27,340 nucleotides of DNA, taken from the NCBI RefSeq assembly GCF_010179735.1, contig NZ_JAAEEH010000037.1, forward strand, positions 1-27,340. Reading direction: 5' to 3'. The notes below the pieces were generated by a model. The model saw only the letters and a program-made list of their open reading frames with translations. It ran no database searches and was not told the DNA's origin. Source of the stretch: Anaerotalea alkaliphila (GTDB lineage: Bacteria; Bacillota; Clostridia; Lachnospirales; Vallitaleaceae). Made by a program: the position numbers and the translations under genes. Numbering within the stretch: the first letter of the stretch is position 1; each line of letters begins with the position of its first letter. Shown in pieces: positions 9,139-17,322 of this stretch.

Positions 9139-10692
9139 ATGAGAGCATTGATCAGCGTATCGGACAAAACGGGCATTGTGGACTTTGCCAAGCAGCTGCA
9201 GGAACTGGGCGTGGAGATCATCTCCACGGGAGGCACCGCCTCCGCGTTGACGGACGCCGGCATCCCCGTCATCGGCATCTCCGAGGTCACCGGCTTCCCC
9301 GAGTGCCTGGACGGCAGGGTCAAGACCCTGGACCCCCACATCCATGCGGGGATCCTGGCCATGCGGAGCAATCCGGAGCACATGGAGCAGATCGCGAAGC
9401 TGGGCGTGGAGACCATCGACCTGGTGGTGGTGAACCTGTACCCCTTCAAGCAGACCATCCTGAAGGAAGGGGTGGAGCTGGAGGAGGCCATCGAGAACAT
9501 AGACATCGGCGGTCCCACCATGCTCCGTTCCGCCGCCAAGAACTACCAGGACGTGTCCGTCATCATCGATCCCAGGGATTATGAGAAGGTCCTGGTGGAG
9601 TTGAGGGAAGTGGGAAAAGTCTCCAAGACCACCAACTTCTACCTGAGTTCCAAGGTGTTCGAGCACACCGCCAGCTACGACGCCATGATCGCGGACTACA
9701 TGCGCAAGCAGCGGAATGCGGAAGTCCTGCCGGAAGTCGTCACCATGACCTTCGAGAAGGTCCAGGACATGCGCTACGGGGAGAATCCCCACCAGCAGGC
9801 CGCTTTCTACAAGGAGATCGTCCATCCCAAGGGGACCCTGGCCTCCGCGGTCCAGCTCCACGGGAAGGAGCTCTCCTTCAACAACATCAACGACACCAAC
9901 GGGGCCCTGGAGCTCCTGAAGGAATTCGACCAGCCCGCGGTGGTGGCCTGCAAGCACGCCAACCCCTGCGGCGTGGGCAGTGCGGACACCATCCATGAGG
10001 CCTATGTGAAGGCCTACACCTCCGACCCCAAATCCATCTTCGGCGGCATCGTGGTCGCCAACAGGGAGGTGGACGTGGCCACCGCTGAGGAGATCAACAA
10101 AATCTTCGTGGAGATCGTCGTGGCCCCCTCCTACCAGCCCCAGGCCCTGGAGGTCCTGAAAAAGAAGAAGAACATCCGGATCCTTTCCCTGGCGGACATC
10201 ACCGTGAAGCAACCCGACACAGCCTACGACCTGAAGAAGGTGGGAGGCGGCCTGCTGGTGCAGACCATCGACAACGCCCTGCTGGCCGAAGGCGAGCTGA
10301 AGGTGGTCACCGACCGCCAGCCCACGGAAAAGGAGATGGAGGACCTGCTCTTCGCCTGGAAGATCGTGAAGTACGCCAAGTCCAACGGCATCGCCATCGG
10401 CAAGGACAAGCAGTCCCTGGGCGTGGGTCCCGGACAGGTGAACAGGATCTGGGCCTGCAACCAGGCAATCGAGCATGCGGTGGAAGCCCTGGGGGCCGAC
10501 GTGCTGAAAGGGGCCGCCCTGGCCTCCGACGCCTTCTTCCCCTTCCCGGACTGCGTGGAGGCGGCAGCAGCCGCCGGCATCACCGCCATCATCCAGCCCG
10601 GCGGATCCATGAAGGACCAGGACTCCATCGACACCTGCAACAAATACGGAATCGCCATGGTCTTCACCGGCATGCGCCACTTCAGGCACTAG
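9139..10692 (+). CDS. purH: Bifunctional AICAR transformylase / IMP cyclohydrolase
   Basis: ORF 9139..10692 with RBS AAAGGAG. The N-terminus is an MGS-like IMPCH domain ([16 protein letters not shown]...STGGTA). The C-terminus is the AICARFT domain. It starts 30 nt after pflB. Confidence 0.9.
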   Translation: MRALISVSDKTGIVDFAKQLQELGVEIISTGGTASALTDAGIPVIGISEVTGFPECLDGRVKTLDPHIHAGILAMRSNPEHMEQIAKLGVETIDLVVVNLYPFKQTILKEGVELEEAIENIDIGGPTMLRSAAKNYQDVSVIIDPRDYEKVLVELREVGKVSKTTNFYLSSKVFEHTASYDAMIADYMRKQRNAEVLPEVVTMTFEKVQDMRYGENPHQQAAFYKEIVHPKGTLASAVQLHGKELSFNNINDTNGALELLKEFDQPAVVACKHANPCGVGSADTIHEAYVKAYTSDPKSIFGGIVVANREVDVATAEEINKIFVEIVVAPSYQPQALEVLKKKKNIRILSLADITVKQPDTAYDLKKVGGGLLVQTIDNALLAEGELKVVTDRQPTEKEMEDLLFAWKIVKYAKSNGIAIGKDKQSLGVGPGQVNRIWACNQAIEHAVEALGADVLKGAALASDAFFPFPDCVEAAAAAGITAIIQPGGSMKDQDSIDTCNKYGIAMVFTGMRHFRH

Positions 10693-10711
10693 GCTTCAGG
10701 AAAGCCCATTC

Positions 10712-10755
10712 AAAAAGACCCGGCACCTCCTTTTGGGGAGGGGCCGGGTCTTTTT
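10712..10755. terminator. Bidirectional rho-independent terminator after purH (A5, ~14-bp GC stem GACCCGGCACCTCC...GGAGGGGCCGGGTC, T5)
   Basis: Read from sequence. Confidence 0.75.
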
Positions 10756-10761
10756 GAATGG

Positions 10762-10831
10762 GGTGGTACGCGGGGACGGTTCTTCCGTACCAGTCCGGAC
10801 TGGTACGGAAGAACCGTCCCCGCGTACCACC
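10762..10831. repeat. Perfect 70-bp palindrome (32-bp arms around the self-complementary centre TCCGGA). It is an inverted dimer of a repeat unit whose core is GGAAGAACCGTCCCC
   Basis: The reverse complement of 10762-10793 equals 10800-10831 exactly. The same unit recurs at 18772-18803 and 18916-18950. Confidence 0.9.
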
Positions 10832-10846
10832 CGCAAACCAAACCCG

Positions 10847-10875
10847 TTGCAAAATCGGGGAAAGGATTGTATAGT
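10847..10875 (+). promoter_or_regulatory. Promoter for the M16 peptidase gene: -35 TTGCAA (10847-10852), 17 nt spacer, -10 TATAGT (10870-10875)
   Basis: Read from sequence. It sits about 60 nt upstream of the chosen start. Confidence 0.5.
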
Positions 10876-10933
10876 AGAGGGACGATGCATCACGCATGCA
10901 AAGAAAGATGCGAAGAAAGAAGAGGTAGTTCAT

Positions 10934-13849
10934 ATGGACAAATACCAGTTGATTGAAGAACGGGAGCTTTTGGACATCCATTCCAAAGGCCTTTTATACA
11001 GACATGGCAAATCCGGGGCCCAAGTGGCCTTCCTGCTGAACAAGGACGAGAACAGGACCTTTTCCATCGCCTTCAAGACCCCCCCCCTGGACGACACGGG
11101 GCTCCCCCACATCCTGGAGCACTCCGTCCTCTGCGGATCCAGGAAGTATCCCGTGAAGGACCCCTTCGTGGAGCTGGCCAAAGGCTCCCTGAACACCTTC
11201 CTCAACGCCATGACCTATCCGGACAAGACCGTCTATCCGGTGGCCAGCTGCAACCAGCAGGACCTGCGGAACCTGGCGGACGTGTACATGGACGCCGTGC
11301 TCCATCCCAACATTTACGCCAACGACAAGATCCTGGCCCAGGAGGGCTGGCACCACGAGCTGGACTCCGAAGAGGGGGAGGTCACCTACAAGGGGGTGGT
11401 CTACAACGAGATGAAGGGGGCTTTCTCCTCTCCGGAACAGGTGCTCTTCCGCAAGATCCAGCAGAGCCTTTTTCCGGATACGGCCTACGGGAACGAGTCC
11501 GGGGGGGACCCGGACCAGATCACCCGACTGACCCAGGAGGACTTCCTGGAATACCACCGGACCTATTACCACCCCTCCAACAGCTACATCTATTTCTACG
11601 GGGATGTGGACGTGGAGGAGAAGCTGGAGTGGTTGGACAGGGAGTACCTGCAGGACTATGAGGCCCGGGAGGTGGACGCGGAGCTGGGCAGCCAGGCGGC
11701 CTTCGAAGGCCTCCGGGAGATCGTGGAGCACTATCCCGTCTCCGAGGAGGAGGACGGGGAGGACAAGACCTTCCTGAGCCTGAACTTCGTGGCGGGCAAC
11801 ACCCTCCACACGGAGGAGGTCCTGGGGATGGAGATCCTGGAGCACCTGCTGCTGGACGTGCCCGGCGCCCCCCTGAAGCAGGCGCTGATCGACGCGGGCA
11901 TCGGATCCGACGTGTTCGGCGCTTACGACGACGGCATCCTCCAGCCCACCTTCAGCATCGTGGCCAAGGATGCCAAAGGCAGCCAGAAGGACGCCTTCCT
12001 GTCCATCATCCGGCAGGTGCTGGAGAAGGTGCTGGAGGAAGGGATCAGCCCCAAGAAGATCGAATCCGCCCTGAACCATTTCGAGTTCAGGGTAAGGGAA
12101 GCGGACTTCGGCCGGTCCCCCAAAGGCGTGGTCTACGCCATCAAGGCGCTGGACTCCTGGCTCCATGGGGAATCCCCCTTCCTGCATTTCGAGCTGGACA
12201 AGATTTTCGGCAGCATCCGCAAGTCCATCCCGGAGGGCTTCCTCTACAGCCTGATCCGCAAATACCTGCTGGACAACAACCACGCCACCCTCCTGGTCCT
12301 GGAACCCGACCCGACCCTCCTGGCCAGGAAGGAGGAGGAGACAAGGACCCTGCTGGCGGCCTACAAGGAAGGCCTGGACGAGGAGGAGGTCCGGGCGCTG
12401 GTGCGCAGGACCCGGGAGCTTGCGGAATACCAGACCCGGGAGGAGCGGCCGGAGGATGTGGAGAAGATCCCCCTCCTGACCCGGGCGGACATTCCCCTGG
12501 ATCCCGCGCCCTTCACCTACCAGGTGGAGGACCACGCAGGCGCCCAGGTCCTGGTCCACCATGCGGACTCCAACGGGATCGTGTACCTGGACCTGGCCTT
12601 CGACATGGGACACCTGGAGGCCCGGGACCTGCCCTACGCCGCCCTGCTGACCAAGCTCCTGGGCAAGGTGAGCACGGACCAAAGGCATTACAGCGACCTT
12701 TCCGATGAGGTCAACCTGCATACGGGAGGGATTTCCCTTTCCACCAACGTCTACAGCGTCGTCACCCAGGAGCCCGGCAAGCCCTGCAGGTCCATCCTGG
12801 CCCTGGAGGGGAAGGCCTTCGTGGACAAAATGGACAAGCTCCTGGAGCTTGTGGAGGAAATCCTCTTTAGGACCGACCTCTCGGACCACGGTCGGATCCA
12901 GGAGCTGCTGGCCGAGTCCAAATCCCGGCTCCAGTCCGGGCTCACCAGCAGCGGCCACACCACCGCCCTGATCCGGGCGGAGAGCTATGTCTCGGAAGCC
13001 GCCTGGCGGATCGAACAGATGAAAGGCATCTCCTACTACGAACAGCTGGGAGGCTGGCTGGCCGCCTACGAAGAGCAGGCCCCCGCCCTCCAGGCCCGCC
13101 TGGAGGAGACGGCAAAAGGCCTCTTCGTGCGCAAGGGCATGGTGGCGGCCCTGACCCTGGAGGAGGAGGCCCAGGCCAAGGTGGAACCGGCGCTGAAGGC
13201 CTTCCTGGACAGGCTCCCGGAGAAGGCGCCCCGGGAAGGGAAGGGGCTGGACCTTCCCGCCCTGCTCCAGGTCAGGAACGAAGGCTTCAAGACGGCTTCC
13301 AAGGTCCAGTATGTGGCCCAGGTGGGGGACTTCAAGAGCCACGGCTACCAGTACCACGGGGGCCTGCGGGTGCTGCAGACCATCCTGGGGCTGGACTACC
13401 TCTGGAACCAGATCCGGGTCCAGGGAGGGGCCTACGGGGCCATGTGCGGCTTCAAGCAGAACGGGGACATGTACATGGTCTCCTACAGGGACCCCAACCT
13501 GGAGAAGACCCTGGAAACCTACGGCAGGATCCCCGACTACCTGCGGAACCTGAAGCTGGACGACCGGGAGACCACCAAGTACATCCTGGGCACCATCAGC
13601 GCCGTGGACCATCCCCTGACCCCCTCCCTGGAAGGGGAGAAGGCCCTGGCCCTCCATCTCTCCGGAAAAACGATGGAACTCCTGGCCAAGGAGCGCCGGG
13701 AAATCCTTTCCACCACCCAGGGTACCCTCCAGGGCTTCGCCGAATGGTTCGAGAAAGCCTTCGCCGAACCGGTCCTCTGCGTGGTCGGCAACGAAACCGC
13801 CATCCGGAAGGCGGAAGGGCTGTTCAAGGAAACGAAAGTCCTGAAGTAA
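10934..13849 (+). CDS. M16-family (insulinase/PreP-like) zinc metallopeptidase, ~971 aa
   Basis: ORF 10733..13849. Start chosen at the ATG at 10934 (MDKYQLIEE...), preceded by RBS AGAGGT. The inverted zinc-binding motif HILEH is present (GLPHILEHSVLCGS). The length fits the PreP/M16C subfamily. The longer N-terminal extension in the ORF track only exists because the frame stays open through the palindrome. Confidence 0.85.
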   Translation: MDKYQLIEERELLDIHSKGLLYRHGKSGAQVAFLLNKDENRTFSIAFKTPPLDDTGLPHILEHSVLCGSRKYPVKDPFVELAKGSLNTFLNAMTYPDKTVYPVASCNQQDLRNLADVYMDAVLHPNIYANDKILAQEGWHHELDSEEGEVTYKGVVYNEMKGAFSSPEQVLFRKIQQSLFPDTAYGNESGGDPDQITRLTQEDFLEYHRTYYHPSNSYIYFYGDVDVEEKLEWLDREYLQDYEAREVDAELGSQAAFEGLREIVEHYPVSEEEDGEDKTFLSLNFVAGNTLHTEEVLGMEILEHLLLDVPGAPLKQALIDAGIGSDVFGAYDDGILQPTFSIVAKDAKGSQKDAFLSIIRQVLEKVLEEGISPKKIESALNHFEFRVREADFGRSPKGVVYAIKALDSWLHGESPFLHFELDKIFGSIRKSIPEGFLYSLIRKYLLDNNHATLLVLEPDPTLLARKEEETRTLLAAYKEGLDEEEVRALVRRTRELAEYQTREERPEDVEKIPLLTRADIPLDPAPFTYQVEDHAGAQVLVHHADSNGIVYLDLAFDMGHLEARDLPYAALLTKLLGKVSTDQRHYSDLSDEVNLHTGGISLSTNVYSVVTQEPGKPCRSILALEGKAFVDKMDKLLELVEEILFRTDLSDHGRIQELLAESKSRLQSGLTSSGHTTALIRAESYVSEAAWRIEQMKGISYYEQLGGWLAAYEEQAPALQARLEETAKGLFVRKGMVAALTLEEEAQAKVEPALKAFLDRLPEKAPREGKGLDLPALLQVRNEGFKTASKVQYVAQVGDFKSHGYQYHGGLRVLQTILGLDYLWNQIRVQGGAYGAMCGFKQNGDMYMVSYRDPNLEKTLETYGRIPDYLRNLKLDDRETTKYILGTISAVDHPLTPSLEGEKALALHLSGKTMELLAKERREILSTTQGTLQGFAEWFEKAFAEPVLCVVGNETAIRKAEGLFKETKVLK

Positions 13850-13856
13850 AGAAACG

Positions 13857-13919
13857 CAAAACAACACCCCCCTCACTTGCGGACCAAGATCCTAAATCGT
13901 TCGGGGGGTGTTGTTTTGC
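13857..13919. terminator. Long perfect inverted repeat (17-bp stem GCAAAACAACACCCCCC...GGGGGGTGTTGTTTTGC, 29-nt loop) between convergent genes, probably a bidirectional terminator
   Basis: Read from sequence. It lacks strong U-tracts on either side. A second perfect 13-bp hairpin (13949-13977, GAAGAACGGAGGC-GGGA-GCCTCCGTTCTTC) abuts the flavodiiron protein stop codon. Confidence 0.5.
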
Positions 13920-13977
13920 TTATCATTGGAAGAAATCCTTATGAACTGGAAGAACGGAGGCGGGAGCCTCCGTTCTT

Positions 13978-15189
13978 CTATGCCAAATCGTCCAGCAACG
14001 TCTTTGCGAAGTCCTGGCCGAAACGGTAGGTTTCCAGCAGTTCTTCGGGGTTGGGCTTGAACACGATCTTGAGTCCGGGGGTGACCTTGAAGCGGAGCTG
14101 CTTCAGTCGGGCCTCGATGTTCTTCACGGCCTCGCCGCTCCAACCGTAGGAACCGAAGGCGCTGGCGTGTTTTTTCCCATGGACGATGGGGTTCAGGGAC
14201 ACCAGGAGGTTCCAGATGGGAGGCAGGACATCGCTGTTGATGGTGGGGGAGCCGAACAGGAGTCCGTCCGCCCAATAGATCCTGTCCATGACCTCGCCCA
14301 TGTCCGCGGTCACCAGGTCGTAGAGGTGGACGTCCACCTTTCCGGGGTAGGATTCCGCAATGGCCCGCCGGATTTCCTTGGCCATCATTTCCGTATAGCC
14401 GTAGGCGGAAACGTAGGGGACCACGATGCTGGGTCTGGGGTTGGGGTTCTCCTCGGTGGCCCACTGCCTGCTCAGTTCCACGATCTCCATGGGGTCCACA
14501 TCCAGCACGGGACCGTGCCCGGTGCAGATCAGGTCCAGGTCCAGGTTCTGGATCTTCTCGATGGCGGCCAGCATGTAGGGCTTGAAGGGCCCGAAAATCA
14601 TGTCGAAATAGTAGCGCAGCGCCTTGTGGTAGCCCGTCCTGTCCTCCAGTTTGGAAAGGAGCACGCCGTCGAAGGCGTAGTGGGCGCCGAAGGAGTCGCA
14701 GGTGAAGAGGGTCTTGTCCTCCTCCAGGTAGGTGTAGATGGAATCCGGCCAGTGGAGGAAGGGGGCCTGGATGAACTTCAGGGTCTTTCCCCCCAGGTCC
14801 AGGGACTCGGGACCGGTGACGACCATGGATTTGAACTCCTTGTTGGCGATGCCCTTCAGGAACTTGATGGCGGCGGCGGAACCCACGATGGTCACATCCG
14901 GGATCAGCTCCAACAGCTTCTCCACGGACCCCACGTGGTCGGGCTCCGTATGGTTCACCACCAGATAGTCGATCTTCTTCAAGTCGGTGGTCTGCTTCAG
15001 CTTCTCCAGATAGGCGTCCCAGAACTTCAGCTTTACGGTCTCCACCAGGGCCGTCTTCTCCGTTCCCTCCACCAGATAGGAATTGTAGGACGTTCCGAAT
15101 TCCGTGAGCATGATGACGTCGAACACGCGCAAATCGTGGTCCTGGACCCCGATCCAGGAGACGCCTTTCTTCAATTCTATGGTTTTCAT
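13978..15189 (-). CDS. Flavodiiron protein (rubredoxin:oxygen / NO reductase, FprA/ROO type): metallo-beta-lactamase-like domain plus flavodoxin domain
   Basis: ORF 13978..15309. Start chosen at the ATG at 15189 (MKTIELKKG...), preceded by a perfect AGGAGG RBS. The di-iron motif NHTEPDH is present, followed by a C-terminal flavodoxin-like domain. Confidence 0.85.
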   Translation of the reverse strand: MKTIELKKGVSWIGVQDHDLRVFDVIMLTEFGTSYNSYLVEGTEKTALVETVKLKFWDAYLEKLKQTTDLKKIDYLVVNHTEPDHVGSVEKLLELIPDVTIVGSAAAIKFLKGIANKEFKSMVVTGPESLDLGGKTLKFIQAPFLHWPDSIYTYLEEDKTLFTCDSFGAHYAFDGVLLSKLEDRTGYHKALRYYFDMIFGPFKPYMLAAIEKIQNLDLDLICTGHGPVLDVDPMEIVELSRQWATEENPNPRPSIVVPYVSAYGYTEMMAKEIRRAIAESYPGKVDVHLYDLVTADMGEVMDRIYWADGLLFGSPTINSDVLPPIWNLLVSLNPIVHGKKHASAFGSYGWSGEAVKNIEARLKQLRFKVTPGLKIVFKPNPEELLETYRFGQDFAKTLLDDLA

Positions 15190-15280
15190 GATGTTTCCTC
15201 CTCGTTTATCGGATGAATGTACACCGGCATGGACGCTGCCATGGGCCAATGACTTTCTCAAATTACAGGAAAGCTTCATA

Positions 15281-15295
15281 TTGAAATCATTACAA
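15281..15295. promoter_or_regulatory. PerR/Fur-type operator candidate, box 1: TTGAAATCATTACAA
   Basis: A 7-1-7 near-palindrome with 1 mismatch to box 2. It lies in the divergent intergenic region on the flavodiiron protein side. Confidence 0.45.
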
Positions 15296-15339
15296 AATAA
15301 AGATACCATAGGGGTTTTTAATTGTCAATGCCTGCGCTC

Positions 15340-15369
15340 TTGACAGATGGGCTTTTGCTGTGCTATTCT
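15340..15369 (+). promoter_or_regulatory. Promoter for the rubredoxin-perR operon: -35 TTGACA (15340-15345), 18 nt spacer, -10 TATTCT (15364-15369)
   Basis: Read from sequence. Operator box 2 lies immediately downstream, overlapping the expected transcription start. Confidence 0.5.
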
Positions 15370-15373
15370 TGAG

Positions 15374-15388
15374 TTGTAATCATTACAA
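15374..15388. promoter_or_regulatory. PerR/Fur-type operator candidate, box 2: perfect 7-1-7 palindrome TTGTAATCATTACAA
   Basis: Perfect inverted repeat. It resembles the B. subtilis PerR box TTATAATNATTATAA with two symmetric substitutions. It lies just downstream of the -10, directly upstream of the rubredoxin and perR-like genes. Confidence 0.55.
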
Positions 15389-15439
15389 GATTGGCTGGGG
15401 ACGAGAGACAAGTCTCTCCATGAGACAGGAGGAGCAAGC

Positions 15440-15601
15440 ATGAAAAAGTATGTATGCATGGTTTGTCAGTACGTATACGATCCCGAGGTGGGTGATCCGG
15501 ACGGCGGCATTGCCCCGGGCACGGCTTTTGAAGACATTCCGGACGACTGGGTCTGCCCGATCTGCGGCGTAGGCAAGGATGAATTCGAGGTTGTCGAATA
15601 A
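15440..15601 (+). CDS. Rubredoxin (53 aa), not in the supplied ORF track
   Basis: My own translation gives [53 protein letters not shown]. Both rubredoxin metal-binding knuckles are present (CxxC...CPxCG). A strong RBS GGAGGAG lies 6 nt upstream. Confidence 0.9.
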   Translation: MKKYVCMVCQYVYDPEVGDPDGGIAPGTAFEDIPDDWVCPICGVGKDEFEVVE

Positions 15602-15627
15602 TCGACCGGAGGAAAGGGTGCGGTTTC

Positions 15628-16035
15628 ATGAATACAGACCAGATTGGCGGATTTCTGCATGAGAAGGGGGTCAAGCCTTCATTCCAACGGATCAAGGTTT
15701 ATGAGTATTTGATGAACAACAAGGAGCACCCGACGGTTGAAAACATCTACCGGGATTTGATCAAGGAAATCCCCACCCTGTCGAAGACGACGGTCTACAA
15801 TTCCCTGAACACCTTCATAGAGAAAGGGGTGGTCCAGGCGATCAGCATCGACGGAAACGAGATGCGCTACGACCTGTACGAACGGCGGCACGGGCATTTC
15901 AAATGCGAGGTGTGCGGAAGGATCTATGATTTCCTGCCCCCCAAGGAGGCCTATGAAGAACTGGAAGCCTTGGAAGGCTTCCTCATCACAGACCGGCAGA
16001 TCTATCTGAAAGGTGTCTGTAAGAACTGCAGATGA
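15628..16035 (+). CDS. perR: Fur-family transcriptional regulator, PerR-like (peroxide-stress repressor)
   Basis: ORF 15628..16035. It has the Fur-family winged-helix N-terminus and the metal sites HGHFKCEVCG and CKNC. I assign it as PerR rather than Fur from context (rubredoxin, flavodiiron protein) and the PerR-box-like operators. The start codon is uncertain because the RBS spacing is long. Confidence 0.7.
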   Translation: MNTDQIGGFLHEKGVKPSFQRIKVYEYLMNNKEHPTVENIYRDLIKEIPTLSKTTVYNSLNTFIEKGVVQAISIDGNEMRYDLYERRHGHFKCEVCGRIYDFLPPKEAYEELEALEGFLITDRQIYLKGVCKNCR

Positions 16036-16043
16036 AAAGAACA

Positions 16044-16090
16044 CTGCCTGTGCAAGGGGCCTCACAGGGTCCTTTGGCAGGCGGTTTTTG
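16044..16090 (+). terminator. Possible rho-independent terminator after perR (imperfect GC hairpin followed by GGTTTTT)
   Basis: Read from sequence. The stem is imperfect. Confidence 0.3.
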
Positions 16091-16106
16091 TACTAGGGAG
16101 GGAAAG

Positions 16107-16652
16107 ATGGAGAAGCATTCGAGCATCTACACGAAGAACGGGGACCAGGGCAACACCGGCAGCTGGATGGGGGAGAGCGTCTCCAAGGCCGACTGGCGGA
16201 TCGAGCTGCAGGGGGCGGTGGACGAGGTGAACGCAGCCGTCGGCCATCTGCGCAGCCTGGCGGGGAAGGAGGGGGAGTCCCTCAAGGAGATCCAGTACGC
16301 CTGCTTCAGGATCGGCACGGACATCTCCGGCAACTTCCGCCAGGTGTCCATCACCCCCGAAGACACCCGGGCCCTGGAGGAGGCCATCGACAGGATGGAG
16401 TCGGGCACCGGCCCCCTGCGTTCCTTCCTCTATTACGGAGGAGGTCCGGCGGCCACCTACGCCCAGGTGGTGCGCAGCATCGTCCGCCGGGCGGAGCGGG
16501 TATTCGTGCACCTGGTCCTGGACAAGGGCCTGGACTACCCGGAAGACTACCGGTACGTGAACCGGCTGGCGGACTATTTCTTCGCCTACGCACGCCATTT
16601 GAACCATCTGGACGGCGTCCCGGAAGAGGAGATGCACCTGAAGCGGCCATAG
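16107..16652 (+). CDS. PduO-type ATP:cob(I)alamin (corrinoid) adenosyltransferase
   Basis: ORF 16032..16652. Start chosen at the ATG at 16107 (MEKHSSIYTKNGDQGNTG...), preceded by RBS GGGAGGGA. The N-terminal IYTKxGDxGxT motif and the overall ~180 aa length fit the PduO/MMAB family. Confidence 0.75.
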   Translation: MEKHSSIYTKNGDQGNTGSWMGESVSKADWRIELQGAVDEVNAAVGHLRSLAGKEGESLKEIQYACFRIGTDISGNFRQVSITPEDTRALEEAIDRMESGTGPLRSFLYYGGGPAATYAQVVRSIVRRAERVFVHLVLDKGLDYPEDYRYVNRLADYFFAYARHLNHLDGVPEEEMHLKRP

Positions 16653-16694
16653 GCAAACGGAACAGCGTTCCTTACGAGGGAAGGGAGAGTTATC

Positions 16695-17321
16695 ATGGCG
16701 GAATGGTGGGCAGCGATGCCCTTGATGAAACAGATCTTTTATTTCTTTGCGGTGCCGGCCACGGCGGTCCTGCTGATCCAGACGTTCCTGGCCGTCACCG
16801 GGCTGGGGGAAGGCCCCGGCGACGTGAACATGGACGGGCAGCTGGGGGGAGACACGGGCGGCATGGAGGGCATGGAAGGGGCGGAGGCCGGGGAGGAGTT
16901 CTTCCTGGGGGACTTCCGGTTCTTCACCATCAGCGGCATGGTGGCCTTCTTCGCCGTTTTCGGCTGGACCGGAGCGGCCTTGACCGGGAGGCTCCCAGGC
17001 ATCCTGGTGTTCCTCCTGGCCACGGCCTTCGGCTTGGGGGCCATGTTCCTGGTGGCCCTGCTGTTCTACAGCATGACCAAGCTCCAGGCCAGCGGCAACC
17101 TGCAGATCAAAAATGCCGTGGGGCAGGTGGGGGAGGTCTACATCCCCATACCGGAAGCGGGGAAGGGCCGTGGCAAGGTCATGGTCACCATCCAGGGAAG
17201 GCTCACGGAAGTGGAGGCGGTCACCGACGAAGGAGACCGTCTGGGAACAGGCACCCTGGTCCAAGTGGTATCCGTCTTGGGCAACAACGAAGTCATGGTA
17301 AGGAAAATGGGAGGAAATTGA
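16695..17321 (+). CDS. NfeD-family membrane protein (N-terminal TM segments plus C-terminal OB-fold), partner of flotillin
   Basis: ORF 16695..17321. It has hydrophobic helices and a C-terminal beta-rich soluble domain (GEVYIPIPEAGKGRGKVMVTIQGRLTEVEAVTDEG). It is translationally coupled to the flotillin gene downstream (stop at 17321, next ATG at 17323). Confidence 0.7.
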   Translation: MAEWWAAMPLMKQIFYFFAVPATAVLLIQTFLAVTGLGEGPGDVNMDGQLGGDTGGMEGMEGAEAGEEFFLGDFRFFTISGMVAFFAVFGWTGAALTGRLPGILVFLLATAFGLGAMFLVALLFYSMTKLQASGNLQIKNAVGQVGEVYIPIPEAGKGRGKVMVTIQGRLTEVEAVTDEGDRLGTGTLVQVVSVLGNNEVMVRKMGGN

Positions 17322-17322
17322 A

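Noticed and set aside
6520-10689. 1389-aa minus-strand ORF antisense to pflB and purH
   Set aside because: It spans two unrelated, clearly real genes on the opposite strand. Its composition is typical of a GC3 mirror frame and it has no domain signature.
10733-10933. N-terminal extension of the M16 peptidase ORF, and the 65-aa and 99-aa minus ORFs that read through the 70-bp palindrome
   Set aside because: These frames stay open only because of the palindrome and terminator region. Both strands give near-identical peptides (VVRGDGSSVPVRTGTEEPSP), which is a signature of translating a palindrome. The real start at 10934 has its own RBS and promoter.
10994-13876. 960-aa minus-strand ORF antisense to the M16 peptidase gene
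   Set aside because: Antisense artifact of a high-GC gene. The plus-strand product carries the HxxEH inverzincin motif.
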